From the NCBI GenBank assembly GCA_027604505.1, contig JADIIX010000028.1, positions 1-64,000 on the forward strand: a DNA stretch of 64,000 nucleotides, in the 5' to 3' direction. Shown here piece after piece: positions 13,555-26,400 of this stretch (within the stretch, counting starts at the first letter, position 1; every line of letters starts with the position of its first letter). The translations under genes were made by a program, and so were the position numbers. Under the pieces are notes generated by a model that was given only the letters and a program-made list of their open reading frames with translations, was not told the origin of the DNA and ran no database searches. Source of the stretch: Gonapodya sp. JEL0774. Its lineage: Eukaryota.

Positions 13555-14612
13555 ATGGCGGACGGCAAGAAGAGCGCAGTTATCATCGGCGCTACAGGTG
13601 ATTGATTTCTAGTGCTGGGGAGTATCGAGAAGCTTCCTTGATACAACCTCTGATCCTCCCACGATCATTCAATCCGACCTGCGCTATGTAGGCGCTTGTG
13701 GGCGCTATGCTCTCAAATACGCCCTCGAGTCCCCACACTTTACCAAGGTCACTTCAGTTTCGCGCCGAGAAGTGGCATATGATGGCCCTGGAAAGGAGAA
13801 GTTGGTGCAAAAGATAGTGAACTTCGAAAAACTGGCAGAGTACAAAGACGCCTTCGCCGGCCATAACGTCGCTTTCCTGGCACTTGGAACGACACGTGCT
13901 GATGCGGGTTCTGCTGAAGCGTTCGTCAAAATTGATCACGATTACGTCGTTGAGTCGGCAAAGTACTTCAAAGAGACGAACCCTGAAGTTTCAGACGCTC
14001 ATGCGATCTATATAAGCACCACGGGTAGCAACGCAAGCTCTTCGTTGCTTTATCCGAGAACGAAAGGAGAGACGGAACGGGATCTTATCAGTCTCGGCTT
14101 GCCAAGGTGGATTGGTTTATGACTCTCCGCGCCAGGGTTGGGGCGGAACTCACCGTCTTATTCGCATCCGGAAACCTTTCAACCACGGCGCACGTATCAT
14201 AGAACCACAATCTTACAGCCAGCCATGCTTTGGATGCCTTCTGGTGACTCGCGGCCTAAGTCAGTCACACTTACTCAGTGTGTACCAACCGGTTTCAACT
14301 GACGTTCTCACAATCTCAACGAAAGGGAACGCCCCGGCGAGATAGTTGCTTCCTATGTACTCGCTCCGTTCAGATATATTCCAGGGGTGAAAGCCTCCGT
14401 TGGGATCCCAACTCCGGCGTGAGTCAATGCGACACTTCGGCGTACGCGAGCGTCTCATTATATTTCCAAATCCCAATAGAGTCGGCCGAGCCATGGTACG
14501 TATTGCCACTTCACCGCCAGATGACCAAAGCAGAATACCGAAGGGAATCGAAGGGACGATCGTGGAGATTCTCGGGAATAAGCGAATTGTCGAAATAGGT
14601 GGTTGGGATTGA
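13555..14612 (+). CDS. FMP52: Fmp52/TIP30 (HTATIP2)-like NAD(P)-binding atypical SDR
   Basis: MADGKKSAVIIGATG|ACGR..., ALGTTRADAGSAEAFVKIDHDY, SSLLYPRTKGETE and VGRAMV motifs across GT-AG introns. Confidence 0.85.
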
Positions 14613-15063
14613 GTGACCATTCAGAATTATTACTTCAAGAAAGGAGTCGGATACACAGTAGGTTATGAACTTCATGAATACATCAGTGTCCACCTTGCCA
14701 GATCGACAGTCAAATCCCCCGCCAAACAGAGATCACTGTCGGAAACGACATCAATATCTGTCTCTTTACCATTAGACTTCTATCGGTCCTTGGGAAGCAC
14801 CAGGACACGGAAAGGAAGAAGAGCTGTGTATTACAAAACTGTACAGGCGTTCAAACAAGGACTCCTATGAAACAATGTAGGATAAGACAAAAGAGCAGGG
14901 AGTAAATGTGTGTCGCAAGCGATACAGGGGATGTTTGGTGTAGTCCAAATCGTCGTTGGTTTTTAGAAAAACCGATGTGGGTGAAAGAGAGAAATATTTC
15001 ACATGCTGGCGCAATACCAATGCAAGAAGATCTCCATACGACTGCCGTCCAAGGCTTCTAAGT

Positions 15064-17189
15064 TTACTTCTAAGGGATTTCAGTATCACCGGTGAGATAC
15101 ACTGGCGATGGGAATCACACAAATGCGCGCTCACCTTCTTGGGTGCAGCTTTCTTCGCGGCTGCGGTAGCTTTCTTGGGGGCGGGAGCCTTCTTTGGTGC
15201 GGGAGCCTTCTTGGGTGCGGGAGCCTTCTTCGCGGGGACAGCCTTTGGTTTGGCAGTGGTGGCCCTCTGTGGATATGCCAATTAAATTGCGGCCAAAAGA
15301 CGGAAATACTTCCATCCCAACGAACCTTCGCAGCAACCTTTTCCTTTGCGGGAGCTTTGCGGGCGGCGGAGGTCTTCTTGGGAGCTGTGGCGGGCTTCGT
15401 GGCGGCGGCAGCTTTTTTCGGAGCAACAGTTTTGGAAGCGGAAGCAGTAGCCTTTTTAGGAGCAGCAGTCTTGTTGGGCGCGGGAGCCTTCTTCGCGGCA
15501 GCCGCCTTCTTCGGAGCAGCGACCTCCTTGGGTGCTGGAGCCTTCCTCGGAGGAGCGGCGGCCTTCTTCGGGGCAGCGGCGGTCTTCTTTGAAGCAGCAG
15601 CAGTCTTCTTCGGAGCGGCAGCCGCTTTAGGAGCGGTCTTCGCTGGGGCAGCCTTCTTGGTGGGAGCAGTGGATGCAGCCTGAAAGAAGCAAAAGTACTT
15701 TTGACTTAAATGACCTTTTCATGCAATAGAATCCATGAGTACCGACTCTTTTAGGAGCGCCGATTTTCTTTGGCGTCGCCACCTTCTTGGGCGCAGCGGC
15801 TTTCTTGGTTTCGGCTGTTTTCTTGGGGGCAACTCTCTGCATGGACGCGTAAGCAAAACAATAAAAACAAGGAGGAAACCAAAACAAACCACCTTTTCGC
15901 GAGGAGCGGCAACCTTCTTTGATGCACCAAACACGATCTCGGTAAGAAGAAGTCCTATCCAACATCAACAACAAGGAGACGAACCTTCTCCTTGGGTTTT
16001 GCAGCGGCCTTCTTGGCAGGTTTTTTCTTGGTTACGTCGTCAGCCTTGGCAAGCTTCACAGGTCCTGGGGCACAGATGAAAGCGCAAGTTACAAGCCGCC
16101 GGAAAACGAAAGGATATGTGCGACTACTCACCGGTGGGACCCTTTGGAAGAACAAAGGCTCCAGAGTCGACACCTTTGGTGACTGCGAGCGTATACTCGT
16201 CATCGAATTCTGTGGTTTGTCCTTGGATTGAGTGCCTCTGTTCGAACTGATACAACGCTCAACAGACTCACTCTCTCCGAGACCCTATTTGTTTTGGAAA
16301 CGAAGAAACTCAGTTCCAAGTGGGACAAGGAGAGTCTTCATCTGTGGTGATACACACCTTGTAGTTCGCCTGGATGTACTTCTTGATAGCGGTTTGTGAA
16401 GACCCGCTTCTCTCCTACACGTCATCAATCATGCATGGAGCAAAACGCAGAGAAAAATGATGAGTTTTTGTTTTGCGAACTCCCACATATGCCCACCTTG
16501 AGGTTGGTGATAGCCTTTGACCGAGAATAATTTGATTAAGTCTATGCACTCGAATGATCAGGAAGTCACGGAAAACTGACCTGGATAATCATGTCTACAA
16601 ATGGAGGGTGCTCGGCGGTCTCAGAAGCAGAGGTCGACGACTCGCCGGCAGTTTCTGTGGGGACCTGCAATATGAAAGATGCAATCGGCGAACAATCGGC
16701 GACTTGACTGACAATAGAAGGATGCGAAGGCGACGTACGACGGTGTCTTCAATGTCATCTTTCTTTAGGGCGGCCTGTCAAGAGATGTGTGAACGGTCAA
16801 TCGTTTGACTGTGTCAGATCCAGAAAATGCGCGATCGCGAAAATGGGGCGGAAGTTCGAAAATTCAGCCGATCTGCGGCAGCTCGCATTGCAAGAGGCTA
16901 TATGAGGGATATTGAGATTCGAAAACCGGATGCGATGCCGGCAGAGAACGAAAAATGGTCTCAAAGTGCCAGGTCCTCCACTTTGGAAACCAGGAAGTGA
17001 TTCGAAAGCGTCAAGAGTCACAGCAGCTTCCGCGGATGCTAACTCGTCGCCATCAGCATTTTGCATGCTATCGTTGCCATCTAGAGACTCAACCGGCCGC
17101 CTAATTTAAAACAACGGCGGCGCCCAACCGCCGATTCGCTGAAGAGGGCGGCGATGGCGACTCACCTTTGCTTTCGCTGATGTAGACAT
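15064..17189 (-). CDS. HHO1: Linker histone H1 (H15 globular domain + long K/A/P tail), many small exons
   Basis: Spliced globular domain: EHPPFVDMIIQ|AITNLK|ERSGSSQTAIKKYIQANYK|GLGRE|FDDEYTLAVTKGVDSGAFVLPKGPT|GPVKLAK, followed by repeated (A)PKKA motifs. Terminal coding exon is AAG TAA. Confidence 0.92.
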
Positions 17190-18675
17190 TTCAGATGGAT
17201 TCCTTGGATCGGCGGTTGAGTTTTGGTGTCTTGCGTAGGCTTGCTGGCGGCTGGTTGATTCGGGTTGGTTGTGGTGTTGGAAATGGTGGTCACGCGACCG
17301 CGCTGGCAGTGCGTTGGTTCTGGTCTGAAACCACCTCAAACGATAGAATTGAATTGTCACTGGAAACCTCGCGACAAAAAATATTATACAAGCATTCAGG
17401 AAGATACGCTTGAGCTTGAGGTCTTTTCCTTCTCCGAAAGTATTCAGCGCCAATCTGAGCAAACTATACAAAATAACACTTCGAGTATAAACGATGAATA
17501 ATATTAATATTAGCTGCAAAAAAAACGTGACTCTTTCATTAACGAATCGAAAGTAGTATGTTCAGATCAAAGCGAATCGCATAGCACACCAAGATGTGGT
17601 CGTTAATTTCTGTCAATGTGCAAAACTACAAACAGGTCTGTGGTACTGTGACAACTTCGCGACTCAACAAACGCATCTAGTGCCACGGAAATAGATCTCC
17701 ACTTCTCACTATCGAGAGATAATGCAAAGAAAAAAATAGTAATAGGGGAGGTGCAACCTTGTGATCAACCCAGCGATATGTGAAGCAGTGAATTAAGGGG
17801 AAATTGTTTGCAGGGTACTACTGATCCAGGTGGAATGCGCATAAACCACGAGTCACCCCAGTTTTGAACGAAGTGCGGTGAAGGGGTCAGAGAAGTCAAA
17901 TCACATAACCCTGTTTGTTTGTCATTTATCTGCACACATGGAGAAGATGACTGGTTGGAGGACACAACGATCTGGCATTCAAGCTTACTGTTCCTATTTT
18001 CTTCAAAACCGGAATCCGAAAGGAGGCAATGTAAAATCAGGATGACGATATAAAGCGGGTTGCAAAATCCTTCGCAAGGTTCTGAAACACAGGGGTTGTA
18101 CGTGCACCGAAAATTCGGATTGAGGTTGGGAACAGTCATCTGTCCCTCACCAAAGAGTCCACGCAGCGAGCTGCATAAATGCTGTCAGACCATAACAAGT
18201 AAAATCCCGAACTGTAGCCTAATTTGAAGAAATCGTTGCAGGGTACTGGATCCCCGACTCTCAAAGATTAAAGTTCACACGGGCAGCGTTCGGACACCAG
18301 GAGGTTCAGCCGCATCATCAAAGTATTGTAATCCAAAAGATAAAAGATACAGCATTCCAAACGATTTTCATCTGGAAAGACGAGGGAACGGAAAGTCAAG
18401 TGCGAAAATGGATTCGGCGGGATTACCGCTTGTCCCGTTGGACGGTAACACTACTGATGTTGAAAAACCATTCCCTGCAGAACGCTGTGAGCTCCCAAGC
18501 ACCTGACACGACAAGGAAGAACGTTAGGGGCAAACCCTGCAAAGAAATGACCCTCACCAGTTGCCCACAAATAATCACTCACAATCTAAAAACATACTCT
18601 GTATAGAGATTTGCATCGTGTGAACATTCGAAATATTTGACATAACCCAATTGAATCCTACCTACCTTCACCAGG

Positions 18676-21600
18676 TCAATTCCTTGTGATTGATCCCGAC
18701 GAACTGAACAACACGAGATGGGGAATTGCATCTCGTCCACCTGCGAGCTCTTTCAAATTAGCAAATCTCCCTCCGGAAGCCTCCTTGGCAACCTCGAGGG
18801 TCACGTCCACGTTCGGCATCCAGCTGATAGACACTTCACCACCATCAGGACCCGAGAGCCGCTCCTGTGTCACTCCAGCGCATTCTTTCTCCTTGAAATA
18901 GTCCACAAAATAAGCCAGAGTCTCAGCAGCAGATACACCGGCAGCTGCCCCTCCCGATCCTTTGGCAACCGCGACACCCAAAGCCCACGTTGGCATACTT
19001 TTGCCTTTTGATTTGGAAACTCCATGCATTTTTCCGATGAGGTCATTCTTCGCAACCTCACCCAGCTTGAACCGCTGTACAAGCTTGATGGGTTCGCTGC
19101 TGGGCATAAGTGACAAAAGAGCTTTGTTTCCAGCGACGTGAAAGAGTTGGAATTGGACCTCCCGATTCTTCAGTGCCAGTGAACCTTCGTAAGCGATGTC
19201 CAAATCATAAACACTCTTCCCGGAAGAAGTCGAATCTGGCCGATCAACGTCCACATCCATATTGTCCGTAACCAATCGCCTGCCTGAGTACTCGGCCTCC
19301 TTGGTGTCCCTTCCAGATCCTCGGTGCCTCGCTGTACCACCGAGAGAGGTCTCCTGACGGTCCTCAATCTCGCCTTGTGTGAAATCGTCCATAATTTTTA
19401 TGTTGAAGTCCCCATTCTTGCGGAGCTCCAAGACTGCGCGCTTCGCATCTTCCGTCTCTTCAAACTCCACGGTCGCTTCTTTATCCTCCTCTTTGAGGAC
19501 CACACTTTCTATGGTACCGAATCTCCCAAATTCGTCCTTCAGTTTTGTCTTTTTCAACCACCCGGCGGGCAATCCCGTGCATCTGACGCTTGCACTTGAG
19601 CAGAAGGCGTAACCACATCGGGCTTCCGATTCCCCATCTTGAATCCGATCCAACGCTGCCCGTGCAGAAGACTTATCTCTAAAAACGCCGTATGCGTGGG
19701 ACTGATCGTAGTCTTTGGAATACCGCAGCTTGTACTTGACGAGGCTTGAAACCAGAGGACCCAGGAATGATAGAAAATCTCGGTCAGTGGTTGTGGGGGA
19801 CAGGTTCCAAACTGGATTATGGGATAAGTTGCGTGTTTTAACGTCAATCTCCAAACGACAAGTTCATGCTGTGCTTCAGAAACTTACTGTGTAGAATCCT
19901 AGTCCTTTCGTCACTTCCCACGTTGTCAAAACTTTCGTCGGTCCTTCTCGGCCCTGCACTACCATCATTCCTCGAAGGAGCTCTGTTCATCTCCCGACTC
20001 CCCACGGCGGTTTTGGCTTCGTCGGCCCCTTTCTCATCTCTTGACATGTCGAGCATGTAGGCTTCTCTTGCCTCCCTCGTCAAGACAGCAGGATCATCGC
20101 TCCTTCGATCTCTTTTACTCCCACCCTTCCCGTAGTTACACTTTATCGGGTCATTCATCCCAAAAAGTTTTCTCCCATCCATCTCACGTCTCGCTTTCTT
20201 CGCCGCTTCGAGGTGCTCGAAATTGACGAACGCGTACACCAGCTCCGGCGTGTTCTTGGCCTGAACGAGTCGAATATAGTCCAGACGACCAAACCGCTCA
20301 AAAACTTCCCAGATAGCGTGGCGGGAAATATCGGCCGGGAAAAAAGCAACGTACAGCGATGAGTTCGCTCGAGGATCGTCGTCTTCTGCGTCGAATTGAG
20401 TTGTAGCGCCTCGGTTCGGAGTTGGTCCTGCCCTCGCCGCGCGAGCATCTTCCAACGTGGAAGCTTGGGTGGAAAGTTGATGTCCAGAAGTCGAATTCCC
20501 TGAATCACCATTGCCATGGCGCCTTACAGGACTTGGTGAACGGCTCTCCGGGCGATCTCGCCAGGAATCGTCCCGGCTCATTCTACCCCTCGGGCCACCT
20601 GCCCAACCACCACCACGACCGCCACCCCCCTGGGGACTCTCGTAGTCGTGGTCGTCGTTGCGGCTCCCACCGCGGCCTGCTGGGCGGACGTAGATCTTTG
20701 CGTGGGGTCCGAACAATTCTCTCGCCTGTGACGATACAAGCACATGAAACAATGACCACACATCCCAAAAAATGTCAAGAGGTAAATCGGTCACCAACCT
20801 GAATGTCTCTCCGCGCAGCCATACCACCCTCCCAGTTCGCCACGACGACAGCTCCTTTCCCAGCCTCATCCCTCCAGACATTGAGCACCTCCACATGTCG
20901 CCCAAACTCCGAACTCAGATCTGCGGCCGTGACATCAGAGGGCAATTGAGACAGCGTCACGGTAACAGGTTGGTTGACCGGCGGGACTTGTTGGGGGGGC
21001 AACGGTTGCCGACCGTTGTTTCGGGCTGGTGGTGGAGTGGGTGACCGAGCACGTGGTGGAGGGCTTGGAGACCGAGAATCTGAGCCAAAAGTACACAATA
21101 CATCATTAATCCGGAATGGATCGATGAATTGCGTTCGCTGCTGGAATCCGTTTGACATACCTTCCCTGTCCCATTCCCTACCCGTCTCGAATCTCTTGTT
21201 GACTCCAACATGAACGACTCTTCCCTTGATAATGGTCCTTCCTTGCATAGCTCTCGCTCCACTGGCGCGGTCCGCGTAGGTGATGAAAAACGCCTTGACT
21301 GGGCGCGGCCCACGGTTGGGGATCTCGTGCACCTCGATGAGCCGACCGTGGCGAGCAAATGCGGATTCAACTTCGCTATGCGAAGCGGCGCCCGGAACAT
21401 CGCCCACTGAAAGCAGGTTGGAAGACGGGATTGAGGAAGTTGGAGAGGGGAGGATGAGCACTGTTGCAACAAAGCTAAGCGACTATTTTCGTTCAAAAGA
21501 GATCTACTCACCCCACAAATGCTGCGTTCCCACAATCCTTTTTACGTCACCACCACCCCGACTGCTTCCACTCCTCCCACTCCTCCGGGAGACCCTACTC

Positions 21601-23009
21601 CCACTCCTACTGCCGCTCCTACTGGGGCTCCTCTTCCCTCCCTTGTCCGATGAAGGTGTCGGCGACCTCCCACGGAGTTTTTTCCTCGCTGGTCCTCGTT
21701 GCTCCCTATTTCTGTTTCGATCTCTACTGAGGGACCGTGCACGGGACGATACCGGGCTCCGGGAGCGACTCGAGCGGCGATATGGAGGCGATTCGGAAAG
21801 AGTACGATTGGAACGAGGGGTTACAGATCGAGGAGGGGATGGAGTGCGGGAGGGGTAGCGTTTTTGAGGACGGGGGGTGGGGAGTAGGGATCGCTGGTCT
21901 GGTCCGACCGGTGAGGGTTCCGTGGTAGGCACGGCAATGGGTGGGGGAAGAGGGGCAGGAGGGGCCACCTTCACAGGCGAGACGCGCGCCGATGGGACCG
22001 GTACAGGGGGCGGTGGAGGGTGTGGCTGCTGTGCATGACTCGGAGTGGGATGGTATGAGTGAGGATGAGCCACCGACGGTGCGCTTGCATCCTGCCTTTT
22101 AAGCTTGAAGGGTTCAAGAGTCTTTTGAGGAACTTGAACCGGCGGGGCTACGGATCCCGGAGATTGGGGTAGAACCCAACCCCCTTGAACGTTCTGTTCA
22201 GTGAGGGGTTCGGCGTCCTCTGTAGGTTCCTGAGGTGAGTAGGAGGCGTCGGCTGTGCCATCGAGGAGCATGGGATCTGCAGGTTTGTTCACAGTCGAGG
22301 GAGTGGATGCGGGAGTGCCAGATGCTTGCAGTATATGACCTTGTTGCAACTGCGCTTGGAGAAGCGGGTTGCCACCGGGAGCCAATACTCCCATACCCAT
22401 TCCACCAAGGCCAAGGCCACCCAAGTTACCGAGTCCCGCGCCAGCCATGGGAAGAAGCGACGCGAGTGCGTTCTGGTTTTGGTTCTGCTGCGCGTCCGCA
22501 GCAGTACCTTGGTTGACTTGATTCTGCGAGCTCTGCTGAGCTTGCATCTGTTGCAGCTGCATAAGTGTGAGAAGTCTCTGAAGTCGGACTTCCTCGAGCT
22601 GCTGTTGGACGAGTTGGGTCTGCAGGTCTACCAGCTGTTTGTTTTCCGGAGCTAAACCGGATGAACCCGCTGAAACCATACCGGACTGACCAAGCACACC
22701 ACCGAGACCAAGATTGGCCAGTCCTCCCACACCGAGATTCGACAGACCTGCGAGGCCGAGGCCCCCGAAACCGCCCATGGTCCCCCCGATGGAACCACCG
22801 AGCCCGGTCAAAGCGCCCAGCCCGCTCAGCTGAGCAAGCTGTTGTTGCTGCTGTTGCAGTGTAGCGGCAAGTCCGAGATTCTGGTTGTTTGACGTGGTCT
22901 GTGCCATCTGACTGGCGCCGTCGGCGTTAGCGAGACCGTTCGTGTTGGTCGCGGACACCAACGACGGGTTTCCTTGCTGCTGCGAGATAAAACCGTTCAT
23001 ACCGCTCAT
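18676..23009 (-). CDS. Spen/RBM15-like RNA-binding protein: Q/G-rich and RS regions, ~5 RRMs, C-terminal SPOC domain
   Basis: RRMs include SSLYVAFF...YAFVNFEHLEAAKKARREMDG, DERTRILH|IWNLSPTTT and EFGRFGTIESV. C-terminus YEGSLALKN...QLFHVAGN...PIKLVQRFKL...FVDYFKEKECAGV...IPHLVL aligns by eye with the SHARP/RBM15 SPOC domain. Confidence 0.8.
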
Positions 23010-23887
23010 GCGCGGGAGAGAAGGCGCGTGAGATTAGGAAAGTGGGACGATGCGAGAGTTTTTGTGTTTTGGACTCGCAATTCCTCCACAAACTAAGAAC
23101 TACACTACGTACATCGAAAAGCAAGGCAGTTAGTTACACAGTTCCTGCCCAGTTAAACGTCACTAGAGCAGCACTTTTCAAATTTCGAAGCACAGTCATT
23201 GCAATTAGGAGTTCCGGAGTTTGCGCAAATTTCGTTATTAGTTGGTAAGTGTTTAGTGCTGCTAATAAATTGGCGATAATGTCCGACAGAGGTACTGGGA
23301 GTATCCAGTGCCTGTCTCCGTGAGTGGAGGGTGTGGAAGGACCCGGTAGCGCTTCCACATTGCTGTAGTACGTTGGGGACCAAGTGCAACCACGGACTCT
23401 CCCTCCGCTCTTTTGTGAAACGCACTACTCGCAATAAACAACTCCAAAGCTTCTAGAAACAGGCAACGGTCGTGGCATTATACTATGTCATAGGAGGCCG
23501 TGATGGTGCGTTGATAAACTTGGACTTAGAATATCAGGAGACAGTTCTGCAGTATTTCTTGGATACTACATGACTATGCGATCACTCAGCGAGTGTCTTC
23601 TCGGGGGAGGGGGGGGAGGCATCGATCGTGAACAGTCTTCGCAGCTGGACCTGGAGCTCTGTGCTGATGACAATCTGGCTCACACAATCGTAGATCCATC
23701 TCCACACTGCAAGGTTTGAGCCTCAAAACGCTTGTGTCTTGCTTTGACAGTACCTGCAGTGCGAACTAACTGCGTTATGCTCCTGTTGATGTCCACACTC
23801 GTTCACACAATCCCAAAGTCATCTCACTCGTCCTTTACCTATCAGATCTAATCGACTAACACTCCGATATATCAGTTCAGTGACACT

Positions 23888-24091
23888 ATGGACGCTCAGC
23901 ACCTGAAACTTCACGTCGGTCCCGCTCTGGTCGCCGCGATTGCGCGGATGCTTGACGAACGGCCGAAAGATCCCATCAAATTTTTGGGAGAGATGTTGGC
24001 TGCGTGGGACGAGAGGCAAGAGAGTGATGCGGCAAGAGCGGAGGGCGGAGAAGACGGGTCGGCATACCGGTCTGGCGGTAGTTCGTACTAG
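23888..24091 (+). CDS. Small Dpy-30-motif protein (DYDC-like)
   Basis: 67-aa ORF MDAQHLKLHVGPALVAAIARMLDERPKDPIKFLGEML, matching the Dpy-30 consensus YLxxxVxPxLxxAL...RPxDPIxFL. Confidence 0.75.
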   Translation: MDAQHLKLHVGPALVAAIARMLDERPKDPIKFLGEMLAAWDERQESDAARAEGGEDGSAYRSGGSSY

Positions 24092-24506
24092 CTAGTAGCT
24101 CGCCCCTATATATGATGCGACATTCTTATCATTGATTCTGGTTTTATGGGAACAAAAAATCAATACCTGCTCTCCACTGTTCGCTGTGATCGACGGTACC
24201 TTGGTTGGTTGCTCCAGAGCTGAATTGTTCCGGTACGGCAGTGGTGCTGGGCCGAGCACGGAGATACCGTTGATCCCAGCCAAAACACAAAACTCGGCAC
24301 TCAGGCGGCTTGCACTCCAAGCATACACAGTACTACTCCGACTCCTGTATTTCTCTGGCGGCGTCTGCTCTCTTTCTTGAAGCTCCTGACATTGCGGGTC
24401 TTTCACTGGTTCCGCTCCGATCCCACTACCCCTAGTCACAGTTGGCAGCCTTTGTCCGCTCCACCCCGATTCCCGATTCGTAACGTTTTCGTCCTTAGCC
24501 AGCGTC

Positions 24507-26400
24507 ATGGGTCTCAGGAAAGTGCGCGTCGAGTTCTGGGATGGTACGTGCCGCCTCGCCCCAGCGCTTGCTCCTGGCGGTTACACCTCCGCTTGGCGTG
24601 AACGTGCAATGACGAACACATATCGCCAAAAACAGGAGTAAAAGTCGTCGTCCTCAGAGACGACAATCTCCCTCAAACATATGACGACTTTGTAGCCCTT
24701 TTGTGCTACAAGATCCCTCAGATCGAATCTGCAGCTCAGGTCTACGCACTCCGGTTGGAGTATCGAGAGTACACCGACAATCGCGAAGGGGTCCTTCTGC
24801 AAGAGGACGATGACTTGGCCGTGATGTATGAAGCTGGAGAGAGTTTTATCCTGAAAGTGGAGCTGGAAGAGGTGAGTCACCTCTTGGGATGTCATGATTC
24901 GCATCCTCCGTCATACCGAATTCAAAACATCAAAAAAGCTCTGACCTTACTAACCAATACCGGGTGATCACCTCTGCATTTTTTTGAACCTCCAGGTCAC
25001 GGACCATAACCGCCACCGCCTGGTGACCCCTGCATTCCTCAACCAATACCGAACCGGCATCCCAACCGTTCTGCGGGCGCAATCACCAGTGCAGTCGCTG
25101 CAAACAAACCTTTCGAACTCCACCTCATCCGCTACCCGACCGATCAAAGATGGTCAACCTCTCTTCCTGCACGAGATCACCCTGCAACGGTCTTCAACAT
25201 CCTTCACGAGCCCTCACGTGCCCCCCTCGGTGGACGAAAGTTCCTATGGTCCTCCAATATCCGGCTCCCACGTCAGGTTGAGCCATAGCCACCAACAGCA
25301 ACATCTTAATACACCCAACTCTCAGCCCAACTCAGCGCCACAACAGCAGCACGCTTACTCTACCCGCCCCTTGTCCTCCCATGAATCGCATAGAAGTTCT
25401 GGAGGTACCATGGTTGAGGGAGGTGTCATTGTTGATGCTCCTCGACGATCTTCTGTCGCACAAGTATCGATCGCGGCCTCCTATTCGTCAGAAAAGTACG
25501 TTCCACACACTTTTGTTGATCGTTGTTTACGCTACATCTAGTGAGTGGACTTAAACGTGATTGGCCAACCTCTCGCACCCTTGGTTTCTTGTGCGGGAAC
25601 TTCCACGTATTCTGCAGTCTTTTGGTCCCGTTTGCCGGTCGACAACATGCCTTCCCCCTCGTGTGGAAGAACACAGCAAAACACACCGTGGAAGATGTTA
25701 TGGGGGTCCTCGGGAAACCCGAGTGGGTTGGGCAGCGGAGTTGGGGTTACAAGCAGGTGAGATGATTGCGAAGGGAATGGGTTGTCTCCTGGATTGCTTG
25801 GGCTCGTTGGTGTTTGAGCTTAGTCTTTTCCAATATTCTGTCTCATAGCTGAAGTACACTGATTCGGATCTGACGATTGTGTATGGACCGAGGGACAGCA
25901 GCTTCAAGAAGGTTCAGAGGGCAAGTCGGTTTATCTTTGTGAGTGGATTAGTGAAAGTTTTGGGATATCGGCAATCATATGCTAGATCCAGTCTTGGCAA
26001 TAATACTGTGCTGTTTTCTCACACCATTGTGTGCCTTGATTCTTCTACCGTCCAGACAATCTTCTTCACCTCCCGTCCCCTCTTCCAATCCGCCCTTCAC
26101 AAGTACCAGCGCAAGATCGACGTCCTCGACCCTTCGTCTTTCAAAGTGAATTTTCTTGACCCCGTATCCCACATCGTTACGCCGGGCGCCGTGCAACCGG
26201 AACGCATCGTGACCGAGTGGGCATGCATACAACCTCCCGAATCGATCCGGAAGGAGTCCCCCGAATCAGGGGGCGAGTACCACTGTGTTTATGTAGTCAA
26301 GGACTCGAGAGTAGAGGTGCAGGAGGCCGTCATGGCGAACGTGAGGAATTGGATCGCCGCGGCACTGGAGAGCAAGGGAGCTTGGGCGGCCCAGGGATGA
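24507..26400 (+). CDS. PB1-like domain + disordered linker + uncharacterised C-terminal domain (paralogue A)
   Basis: MGLRKVRVEFWDG|VKVVVLRDDNLPQTYDDFVALL...LRLEYRE...LLQEDDDLAVMY...LKVELEE; C-terminal FPLVWKN...TEWACIQPP...GGEYHCVY. High similarity to 52081-54174 confirms it is coding. Confidence 0.8.

Noticed and set aside
17600..18600. Cys-containing short ORFs with a twice-seen AGTACCCTGCAA word on the minus strand
   Set aside because: The 12-bp match and the ORFs are too weak to support a gene or repeat.
23134..23447. Small minus-strand ORFs upstream of the Spen-like gene
   Set aside because: No homology cue; probably promoter or UTR sequence.
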